Below are positions 8,573 through 15,969 of a stretch of DNA of 38,591 nt, piece after piece (the stretch's first letter is position 1; each line of letters starts with the position of its first letter). The DNA is from Patescibacteria group bacterium (lineage in GTDB: Bacteria > Patescibacteriota > Minisyncoccia > GWA2-38-13b). The position numbers and the translations under genes were made by a program. The notes under the pieces were generated by a model. It did not search any database. It was not told where the DNA came from and saw nothing but the letters and a program-made list of their open reading frames with translations. The stretch is taken from assembly GCA_038065195.1 (NCBI GenBank), contig JBBTRL010000057.1, forward strand, positions 1 through 38,591, written 5' to 3'.

Positions 8573-9751
8573 TTATATTTTATCCGTTAAATTTTCTTCC
8601 CGCGCTATCACATATCGTTGTATGTTATTGGCGCCTTCGTAAATTCTTGTCGCCATCGCGTCGCGGCAAAACATTGGTAGCGGCGATTCTTCGGTATAAC
8701 CGATGCCGCCGCAGAAAAGCATGCAATCGCTGGTTATTTTTATAGAATTTTCCGTGGCGAAGATTTTTGCTTTTGACGCTTCTTTTGTGAATTTTTCACC
8801 GGCATCTTTTAGGATCGCAGCTTTTTGCATTAACAGACGCGCGGCATCTAGATAGATTGAAAAGTCTGCCAATGGAAAATAAATTCCCTGATTTTCAATA
8901 ATTGGTTTTTCAAATTGTTTTCTTCCTTTGCAATATTTTACAGTCCAATCCCAGGCGCCTTGCGATAATCCCAGCGCTTGCGCGGCTATGTAAAGTCGTC
9001 CCGTGTCTAATGTTGTAAGCGCGACTTTCATTCCTTTTTCTTTTTCGCCGAGCAGGTTTTCTTCCGGCACAAAACAATCTTCAAGGATAATTTCGGCTGT
9101 TGGTGAAGCCCAAAGACCGGCCTTGTGTTCTATTTTGCCGATATTAAAACCTTTTGTTGCGGTATCAACTATAAAAGCGGTTGGTTTACCACCGGTCATA
9201 CTGTCTTTGGCAAAAATGATACAAAAATGGGCAAGCGACGCGTGAGTGATAAATAATTTAGAGCCGTTTAATATCCATCCGTTATCAACCTTTTTAGCGG
9301 TTGTTGCCATATTGCCGGCATCGGAACCGGCGTTAGGTTCGGTTAGACAATAAGCTCCGAGTTTTTCACCGAATGCCACGACGCGCAAGTATTTTTCTTT
9401 TTGCGCTTCTGTTCCGAAAGCCAATAACGGCGTTACGCTAAGGGAGTTTAATACAGCGAACATCAAACTGCCGCTGCCCCACACCTTAGCGAATTCTTCC
9501 ATAATAAGAAGCGCGGATATTGTGTCTAAACCGGAGCTTTCGTAAAAGCCTCCGTATTTTTCCGGAACGGTTACGCCCAAAAATCCGTTTTCGCCGAATT
9601 TCGGCAAAATTATGCTAAAAAGTTGTTTATACTCTTCATTTGTAATTCCCTGTCGTTCGTACATTTTAATCAGCGGCGGAAATTCTTTATTGGCGAATTC
9701 CCGCGCGTTTTCTTGAACCATTTTTTGTTCGTCGGTTAGTTTAAAGTTCAT
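8573..9751 (-). CDS. Acyl-CoA dehydrogenase (short/medium-chain, butyryl-CoA-DH-like)
   Basis: Motifs GAYCLTEPNAGSDAG, FITHA and IYEGANNIQR are present. Length is 392 aa. Confidence 0.85.
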   Translation of the reverse strand: MNFKLTDEQKMVQENAREFANKEFPPLIKMYERQGITNEEYKQLFSIILPKFGENGFLGVTVPEKYGGFYESSGLDTISALLIMEEFAKVWGSGSLMFAVLNSLSVTPLLAFGTEAQKEKYLRVVAFGEKLGAYCLTEPNAGSDAGNMATTAKKVDNGWILNGSKLFITHASLAHFCIIFAKDSMTGGKPTAFIVDTATKGFNIGKIEHKAGLWASPTAEIILEDCFVPEENLLGEKEKGMKVALTTLDTGRLYIAAQALGLSQGAWDWTVKYCKGRKQFEKPIIENQGIYFPLADFSIYLDAARLLMQKAAILKDAGEKFTKEASKAKIFATENSIKITSDCMLFCGGIGYTEESPLPMFCRDAMATRIYEGANNIQRYVIAREENLTDKI

Positions 9752-9761
9752 AGGCGCTCCT

Positions 9762-10256
9762 TTATTTTTTAGGAATCCAAAAAATATCCAATATGGTATT
9801 CGTGGGGTTATCCGTGCGAAATCCGGCGATTACTTCCATGCCAATATACGGTTCGCCATACAGAAGATAACTTTTAAATATCGTGGCGAATTGAGAGCCT
9901 AAATCAATATCTATTTGGAAGTATGGATATTCCAATTCAATGCCTTCGCCCGGATATTCTACTTTTGTAAATGTATAAACTTCTCCGATAACCGGATTGG
10001 GTACTTCAATCCATGAAGTTAATTGGTTGCAGTCTGGACAGTCGGCTCTCGGAGGAAGCCATAATCGTTTTTCTTCACAATTAAAATTTGAACAGTAGGT
10101 GGCAAACAATCGGCCATTTTTTAATTCTTGGAAAAATTTTGTTAATTTTCCATAAGTATGGAAATGTTTTAGCGATCTGGGCCACTCAACAACCATTTCC
10201 GGTTTTTCTTGGATGATTTTTAGCGGTGTGCCCGTGTATTTTATTTCTTTTCCCAT
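9762..10256 (-). CDS. Zn-ribbon/OB-fold DUF35 protein (thiolase-associated)
   Basis: CSNFNCEE...CPDC zinc ribbon followed by an OB-fold-sized C-terminus. It lies immediately downstream of an SCP-x-type thiolase, which is the typical arrangement for DUF35. Confidence 0.75.
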   Translation of the reverse strand: MGKEIKYTGTPLKIIQEKPEMVVEWPRSLKHFHTYGKLTKFFQELKNGRLFATYCSNFNCEEKRLWLPPRADCPDCNQLTSWIEVPNPVIGEVYTFTKVEYPGEGIELEYPYFQIDIDLGSQFATIFKSYLLYGEPYIGMEVIAGFRTDNPTNTILDIFWIPKK

Positions 10257-10272
10257 AAATTCTCCATTGGAT

Positions 10273-11652
10273 TTAGAATGCTTTTTCCAGTAATCCGGCC
10301 GTCACATGAGAACCAACGCCGGCATGTGATATCCATAGGGCTTTTTTGGCTTTTAGCACCTGCAAGCTTATCCAGTCTTTTGGTTTTTCTTTTTTGCAAT
10401 ATTCCCATATTTTTGTATCGCCGTGGAATTTATCATATTTATTCTGAATTTGCCACAAACATTCTATCCCTTGGAAAATTCCGGTCGCGCCAACGGCATG
10501 CATTGTTCCTAAAAGTCCGCCGGAAAGATTTGACGGGCATTTTCCGCCAAAATAAGCGTCCCCTGATTCTATATAATCGGTTTCTTCTCCATATGGACGA
10601 AGTCCGATGTCTCCGTAGGTTTGCAAATCGGAAATAGTAAAAGCATCATGAAGTTCCACTAAATCTAAATCTTCAATGGGATTTTTTATACCGGCCATTC
10701 TGTAAAGCATATAAGCCGCGAAACGCGCTGCCAAGAAGCTTTCAAAGCCCGGCCAGCGCCCGCCTTGCGCTGTAATTTCTTTAAGTAATTCGTCGTACAT
10801 TCCCGATTTCTCATGAGGAAGCATGGGAATATCCATATGTCTTCTATCGGCTACGCGCAAAGTGTGCGTTCCGCCGGCAATGTAAAGACGACAAGGTTTT
10901 TCGCTTAATTCGTAAGCCAATTCTTCACTGCAAAGCAACATTGATGCGGCTCCAACGCTCATGGCACAGCATTCTAAAACTCTCAATGGATCGCAGATCA
11001 TTTTACTCGATAAAACTTCTTCTATCGTATGTTTACCGCCTTGTTGAGCATAGGGAGAATAATAAGCGTAGAGACGGTTTTTTACGGCTATTTTTGCCCG
11101 AGTTGTTTCTGAAACTTTATATATTTCCGTAAAGCGTCTTGCCATCGGCGCGTAATAAGCCGTGTACATTCTGGCAAGCCGTGTTTCAAAATCTTTGCAG
11201 GCTGCTGTTGAAATATAAAAATTTCCGGTTTTAGTATCTACTTCGTCCATTCGTTCCCAGCCCATTGCCAATACGCAGTCGGCGTACCCGGAAGCTATTG
11301 CCATTGCCGCGGCAAGCACCGTGCTTCCGCCCGTAGCTCCGCCGGTTTTTACGCCGATATTGGGCAAAGGATCAAGTCCCAAATAATCGTGCACCTTCGC
11401 TTCACATAAAAGTTGATCTTGAAAATGATCGGCGAATTCTCCATAAGCGGCAAAATTCAGCAGTCCTTTTATTTCTTTAGGCGATAACAATAAGTCATTT
11501 TCTTGCGTCATTTGCCGATAAGCCATGGCGCACAGTTCTTCCATTTTATATTCCGGAAATCTTTTCCTGAATGGCGTCAATCCGCCCGCTACAACATAAA
11601 CTGGTCGTTGCCATTTTGGGATTCTTAGGTTCCCTTTTCCAAATTTAATCAT
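10273..11652 (-). CDS. Thiolase-like protein, SCP-x / archaeal-type acetyl-CoA C-acyltransferase family
   Basis: Thiolase-fold layout with the G(G)ATGGS..AA region and a C-terminal GGLLG..HAVGATG motif. Its start overlaps the upstream synthetase stop by 4 nt. Confidence 0.75.
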   Translation of the reverse strand: MIKFGKGNLRIPKWQRPVYVVAGGLTPFRKRFPEYKMEELCAMAYRQMTQENDLLLSPKEIKGLLNFAAYGEFADHFQDQLLCEAKVHDYLGLDPLPNIGVKTGGATGGSTVLAAAMAIASGYADCVLAMGWERMDEVDTKTGNFYISTAACKDFETRLARMYTAYYAPMARRFTEIYKVSETTRAKIAVKNRLYAYYSPYAQQGGKHTIEEVLSSKMICDPLRVLECCAMSVGAASMLLCSEELAYELSEKPCRLYIAGGTHTLRVADRRHMDIPMLPHEKSGMYDELLKEITAQGGRWPGFESFLAARFAAYMLYRMAGIKNPIEDLDLVELHDAFTISDLQTYGDIGLRPYGEETDYIESGDAYFGGKCPSNLSGGLLGTMHAVGATGIFQGIECLWQIQNKYDKFHGDTKIWEYCKKEKPKDWISLQVLKAKKALWISHAGVGSHVTAGLLEKAF

Positions 11653-13616
11653 CTTCTGATTACCTCCCTTATCTCTTTCAAAACTTGCGGATTCTCAATT
11701 GACGAAATATCGTCAATCTTTTCTCCCATATAAACTTTTTTTATCAATTTTCGTGGAATTTTTCCGGAACGCGTTTTCGGCAACGCCGAAACGAAATAAA
11801 TAATATCCGGACAAAGAGTTTTTCCGAGTTTTTCGGAAACATATTTTTTCAATAATTCTTCAGCGGTTTCTTTTTGAATTAATTTTGACCATAAAACAGA
11901 AAAACAAACAAAGCATACGATTTTTTCTCCCTTTAATTTGTCCGGAATGCCGATAACCGCCGCTTCTTTTACGGATTGATGACTCATTAAACAATCTTCA
12001 ATTTCCGCGGGACCAACGCGTCGACCGGCAACTTTTATTACATCGTCGGATCTTCCATAAAGAAACCAAAATCCGTCTTTATCGGTTTTAGCAAAATCGC
12101 CGTGATACCAAGTATCTGGCCATCGCGAAAAATATGTTTCAATATATTTTTTTTTACCATTATCGCCGATAAATCCTTTAGTCATTGATGGAAATGGTTT
12201 TTTGCAAACCAAATGTCCTATTTTACCGCGCGTCGGCGTTCCATTATCGTTAAAAACATCAATATCCATACCAAGTCCTGGTCCCCCGAGAGTGCAAGGT
12301 TTAAGCGGCATTATCGGTAATGGAGATAAAAAGCATCCGATAATTTCCGTTCCGCCGGATATATTTATAATTGGGCATTTTTTATTTCCGATATTTTTGA
12401 AATACCAAAGATATGATTCTTTGTCCCATGTTTCGCCCGTAGAACCTAAAATTCTTAACGATGAAATATCATATTTTTTCAAGAAGTCATCGTCAAAACT
12501 TTTAAGTATTCTTATGGCTGTCGGCGCAATCCCAAAAATACTAACTTTATATTTTTCTATAATTCTAAACAAACGATTATGATCCGGCCAATCGGGCTTG
12601 CCTTCAAAAATTACATAGGTGCCGCCGAAAAATTGAACTCCCAATATTTCCCATGGACCCATCATCCATCCAATATCCGTATACCAAAAGAAAATATCGT
12701 TTTTTTTATAATCAAAATAATATTTTATTTCTTTCGTAGTTTGGGTAAGCGCGCCGGCATGGGTATGAATCGCTCCTTTTGGTTTTCCCGTAGTCCCGGA
12801 AGTGAAGAGAATTAAAGCGGGATGTTCAGCGTTAAGGGATTGAGTTTCAATATTTTTTGCGCCGTTAGCCATTTTTAAAAAATCGTCCCAGAAAATATCG
12901 CGATCTTTTTCCATTATCGTTTCTATTTTCAGCCGTTTAATAACAATCGTTTTTTTCAGAGAAGGTATGGTTTTTAGAATTTCGTTGATATTGTTTTTCA
13001 GTTGAATTATTTTATTTCTAAGCGGGAATCCGTCACTTGTAAATAGAATTTTTGCTTTAGCGATGCGTAGTCGTTCTGCCATTGCTTCTGCTCCGAAACC
13101 GGACATAATAGGAAGGGCAATCGCGCCGATTTTCATAGCGGCGAACATAATAATGACAGTTTCGGGAATAAATGACATATAAATTCCGACAACATCGTTT
13201 TTTCCAATGCCGTTTTTTACAAGCGCTTGGCTTGCGCAACAAACTTTTTCGTATAATTTTTGATAGGTGAATGCTATTGAATTTTCGTCATTACCTTCCC
13301 AATAAAAAGCGATTTCCTCGCCTTTACCGTCGCGAATATGACGGTCAAGGCAGTTGTGGACAATGTTAATTTTTCCGTCTAAAAACCAGTGCGTCCAGGG
13401 CATTCCCCATGTGTTGTCATAAAGCGTGCGGTATTTTTTAAACCATTCAATTTTTAAATCATTAACGCAGGCGTTCCAAAACCATTCAATGTTATCGGTA
13501 GAGCGTTTTATAAGTTCTTGGTATGTTTTTATCCCATAGCGTTTCATAAATAGAGCGATATTGCTTTTGTGGAGATAATCGCCATACGGTTCCCAGATAA
13601 AATCATTTTTTTTCAT
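11649..13616 (-). CDS. AMP-forming acyl-CoA synthetase (acetyl/propionyl/acetoacetyl-CoA synthetase family)
   Basis: AMP-binding motif ILFTSGTTGKPKG, YGRSDDVIKVAGRRVGPAEIE and C-terminal LPKTRSGKI are present. Length is 655 aa. Confidence 0.85.
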   Translation of the reverse strand: MKKNDFIWEPYGDYLHKSNIALFMKRYGIKTYQELIKRSTDNIEWFWNACVNDLKIEWFKKYRTLYDNTWGMPWTHWFLDGKINIVHNCLDRHIRDGKGEEIAFYWEGNDENSIAFTYQKLYEKVCCASQALVKNGIGKNDVVGIYMSFIPETVIIMFAAMKIGAIALPIMSGFGAEAMAERLRIAKAKILFTSDGFPLRNKIIQLKNNINEILKTIPSLKKTIVIKRLKIETIMEKDRDIFWDDFLKMANGAKNIETQSLNAEHPALILFTSGTTGKPKGAIHTHAGALTQTTKEIKYYFDYKKNDIFFWYTDIGWMMGPWEILGVQFFGGTYVIFEGKPDWPDHNRLFRIIEKYKVSIFGIAPTAIRILKSFDDDFLKKYDISSLRILGSTGETWDKESYLWYFKNIGNKKCPIINISGGTEIIGCFLSPLPIMPLKPCTLGGPGLGMDIDVFNDNGTPTRGKIGHLVCKKPFPSMTKGFIGDNGKKKYIETYFSRWPDTWYHGDFAKTDKDGFWFLYGRSDDVIKVAGRRVGPAEIEDCLMSHQSVKEAAVIGIPDKLKGEKIVCFVCFSVLWSKLIQKETAEELLKKYVSEKLGKTLCPDIIYFVSALPKTRSGKIPRKLIKKVYMGEKIDDISSIENPQVLKEIREVIRR

Positions 13617-13631
13617 ATTTCCTCCGTATTT

Positions 13632-13662
13632 ATCCCGCTCTTGATTTAGTCAATGGCGGGAT
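13632..13662 (-). promoter_or_regulatory. 7-bp stem-loop in the acs-operon leader, 6 nt upstream of the SD
   Basis: atcccgc (13632-13638) pairs with gcgggat (13656-13662) around a 17-nt loop. It lies between the leader motif and GGAGG. Confidence 0.35.
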
Positions 13663-13665
13663 TGA

Positions 13666-13693
13666 TTTTTCAAAAAACTTTTTCCGTATTCTA
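13666..13693 (-). promoter_or_regulatory. Promoter and leader of the acs operon: TAGAAT plus AGTTTTTTGAAAAA
   Basis: The minus strand reads TAGAAT(13693-13688)-N8-AGTTTTTTGAAAAA(13679-13666). Confidence 0.45.
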
Positions 13694-13723
13694 AAAATTA
13701 ACCCAAATCAATCGCATTGTCAA

Positions 13724-13830
13724 ACCCCGTTAGAAGTTCAATGAATTTGTAGATACTGTATGTTTGCAAATAAATTTGTATTTTATTTAATTCTGTATGA
13801 AATTTTGTTTTTAAAAACTTCTAACGGGGT
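13724..13830. repeat. Perfect 15-bp inverted repeat separated by 77 nt of AT-rich spacer
   Basis: accccgttagaagtt (13724-13738) is the reverse complement of aacttctaacggggt (13816-13830). Confidence 0.9.
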
Positions 13831-13850
13831 CAAACCTTTTTGTGTTTAAT

Positions 13851-13886
13851 AAAAAAGCGTTTCTGCTTAATGCAGAAACGCTTTTG
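13851..13886. terminator. Bidirectional intrinsic terminator after the PanB-family gene
   Basis: agcgtttctgc-ttaat-gcagaaacgct (13856-13882) is flanked by an A-run and a T-run. Confidence 0.75.
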
Positions 13887-13894
13887 TTGCGATA

Positions 13895-14812
13895 TTATTT
13901 CACTAACATTTTTTGCAATTTTTCAAATTCGCCCGACTTCATTTCGTACACATGTTTTTCTTCGGGAAATTTGCATCGTTTCACATCGCTGACATATTCT
14001 TTGAATGCTTCGCCGGCAAAATAGGCGAACCCGATATCTTTTATATTTTTCCAAAAAGCGTTATCCAAGTATATTCCCAAATAATACATAGTTAAATATC
14101 TTTTAACGAATTTTATTTTAAAAAGGTCAAAGCTTCCAAGAATGTCGCAACTTAGTAAAAGTTGTCCATCGCACAATCTTCCGGCGCCAATGCTGAAAAC
14201 CGGAATATTTAATTCATTTCTTATTATCATGGCCGCATTTTCAGTAACTTTTTCCAATAATACGGCGAACACACCGGCTTTTTCCAGGGCCTTAGCGGTT
14301 ATAAGCAATGTTATTGCTTCTTCGGCCGTTTCTCCGTAAATTATTTTAGTTGATACGGCGGTTTGTGGCATCAAACCAATATGGGCCATTACTTTCGTAT
14401 CATTGTCTACAATAGCTTTAATTTGATCAAGCATTTCAATTCCGCCTTCAAGTTTTATGGCGTCGCAACCGGCTTCGTCTATAAAGCGCTTCGCGTTAAA
14501 TATTCCTTCTACGATATCTTCATCATTTTTTCCGCCGTAAGCGCCTTCGGGCATATCGCCGACAATAAAAGTTTCGGGCGCGCCCATTCGGACTGCTCTT
14601 GCGTGTTTAATCATACAATTCATTGTTGGCGAATTAATTGCTGTGCTTTTTTCGCCATAAATCGCCATATTAACCGAATCTCCAATTAAGATCCAATCAA
14701 TATCGGCTTTTTCCGCTTGTCGCGCCATCCAATTTTCGTACAAAACAACTGCCGCGACCGGTTCGTTTTTATTTTTCATTTCAAAAAAATTATTAACAGT
14801 TTTTTTCATCAC
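13895..14812 (-). CDS. panB: 3-methyl-2-oxobutanoate hydroxymethyltransferase family (PanB-like)
   Basis: ILIGDSVNMAIYGEKST, HARAVRMGAPETFIVGDMP, IKLEGG and the C-terminal ..YVSDVKRCKFPEEKH match the PanB layout. Confidence 0.7.
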   Translation of the reverse strand: MMKKTVNNFFEMKNKNEPVAAVVLYENWMARQAEKADIDWILIGDSVNMAIYGEKSTAINSPTMNCMIKHARAVRMGAPETFIVGDMPEGAYGGKNDEDIVEGIFNAKRFIDEAGCDAIKLEGGIEMLDQIKAIVDNDTKVMAHIGLMPQTAVSTKIIYGETAEEAITLLITAKALEKAGVFAVLLEKVTENAAMIIRNELNIPVFSIGAGRLCDGQLLLSCDILGSFDLFKIKFVKRYLTMYYLGIYLDNAFWKNIKDIGFAYFAGEAFKEYVSDVKRCKFPEEKHVYEMKSGEFEKLQKMLVK

Positions 14813-14824
14813 TCCCTCCGTTAT

Positions 14825-15787
14825 TTATCCGACTTTCGGCAAATATAAATCTTTTGGCGCCCAATCGGAAATTTTGAAATCAGTGCCGTATTTTTCATTG
14901 CCTTTGTTTATATTTTCAATAATTTGCCGCGCCGTTTCCACCGCGCTTAATTTATATTCCAAAAGTTTTTCCGCCGGATAGTCGGGTCTGTACATTTCTA
15001 ATCCCGGACCCGGTTCGTCTTTGAAATAAACGGGAGACGCCGCTTTGACTATTTCGCATACTTCTTTAATTCTATTATTTCCGCCCCAACTTTCAAATAT
15101 TCTTGAATGAATGTCCAGCGGGAAATCATCAAAACAGTGGCGGATTTCACCGATTTGTTCTACGGTTAAATCGGTTACTGGATTCATTGTCACACCGAAA
15201 ATAGGCATTTCTTCAAGATAGGAATTTTTTATCAAACTTAACACCAAATTGGCGTCGGCCGGATTGGCGTTTCCGTCAAAAACGGAAAGTTTCAAAACTA
15301 TATCTTTTGGAAAATAGTCTAAGCAAGCGCGTTTCATCAGGTTATTTAACATGCTTTTGCGCCAGACCAAGAATCCGCGAAAACCTAAACTATAAAGGTA
15401 TATTATATCGTCAAAATAACACCTTAACGCTTCTTGTCCTCTCCAGCTCATTCCCGAAATTATTCCCTGCGGCGATTTTGCCTGAATGGCAGAATCCTGA
15501 TAAGTCGGTCTCGTAAACGGCGTCATAATGACTTCAATTCCGAAATCCGCGCCGATTTTGGCGAATTCGCGCAGTTCTTTTTCTTCATAAAAACCGCATA
15601 AAACTTTATTATCCATCATGGGATTTTTTCTTGGCGTTCCGGCTCCTCTTACGCAACAGATTGCCCGATGCCAAGGAACACTCGCTTTTTTAAACGCTTT
15701 AGCGGTTTTCAAAAATATATCCGCGCTTTCAATTCCCGAAACTTCAATACGATAATGCGCGCCGTCCGGAAAGCTGTATCTAATCAT
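14825..15787 (-). CDS. Conserved-looking hypothetical protein, 320 aa, family not recognised
   Basis: Long ORF with an AGGAGG SD. The PanB-like gene follows after a 12-nt gap with its own SD. I recognised no diagnostic motif. Confidence 0.6.
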   Translation of the reverse strand: MIRYSFPDGAHYRIEVSGIESADIFLKTAKAFKKASVPWHRAICCVRGAGTPRKNPMMDNKVLCGFYEEKELREFAKIGADFGIEVIMTPFTRPTYQDSAIQAKSPQGIISGMSWRGQEALRCYFDDIIYLYSLGFRGFLVWRKSMLNNLMKRACLDYFPKDIVLKLSVFDGNANPADANLVLSLIKNSYLEEMPIFGVTMNPVTDLTVEQIGEIRHCFDDFPLDIHSRIFESWGGNNRIKEVCEIVKAASPVYFKDEPGPGLEMYRPDYPAEKLLEYKLSAVETARQIIENINKGNEKYGTDFKISDWAPKDLYLPKVG

Positions 15788-15810
15788 ATTTCCTCCTGTT
15801 AAAATAAAAT

Positions 15811-15845
15811 GTCAAAAAACTAAAATACGATATTATTTTTTACCA
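15811..15845 (-). promoter_or_regulatory. Promoter and leader of the hypothetical/PanB operon: TGGTAAAAAAT plus AGTTTTTTGAC
   Basis: The minus strand reads TGGTAAAAAAT(15845-15835)-N13-AGTTTTTTGAC(15821-15811)-N15-AGGAGG. Confidence 0.45.
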
Positions 15846-15903
15846 TAATTAAATAAAAATTACAATAGATTAGGTTCGTGTTTAATATAGACAAGAACGA
15901 TTG

Positions 15904-15946
15904 TTTATGATAGAAAATAAGGTCAAGTGATTTAGTTTTTTGATAA
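15904..15946 (+). promoter_or_regulatory. Promoter and leader of the mutase-ETF-thiolase operon: TTATGATAGAAAAT plus AGTTTTTTGATAA
   Basis: TGATAGAAA (15906-15914) is followed by AGTTTTTTGATAA (15934-15946), then AAGGAG and ATG 15970. Confidence 0.45.
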
Positions 15947-15969
15947 TTAAATTAAGGAGAAATACGGAA

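Noticed and set aside
15788-15969. Cobalamin riboswitch upstream of the B12-dependent mutase
   Set aside because: The 182-nt divergent intergenic region is filled by two promoter/leader units. It is too short and AT-rich for the B12 element, and I saw no B12-box-like GC-rich core.
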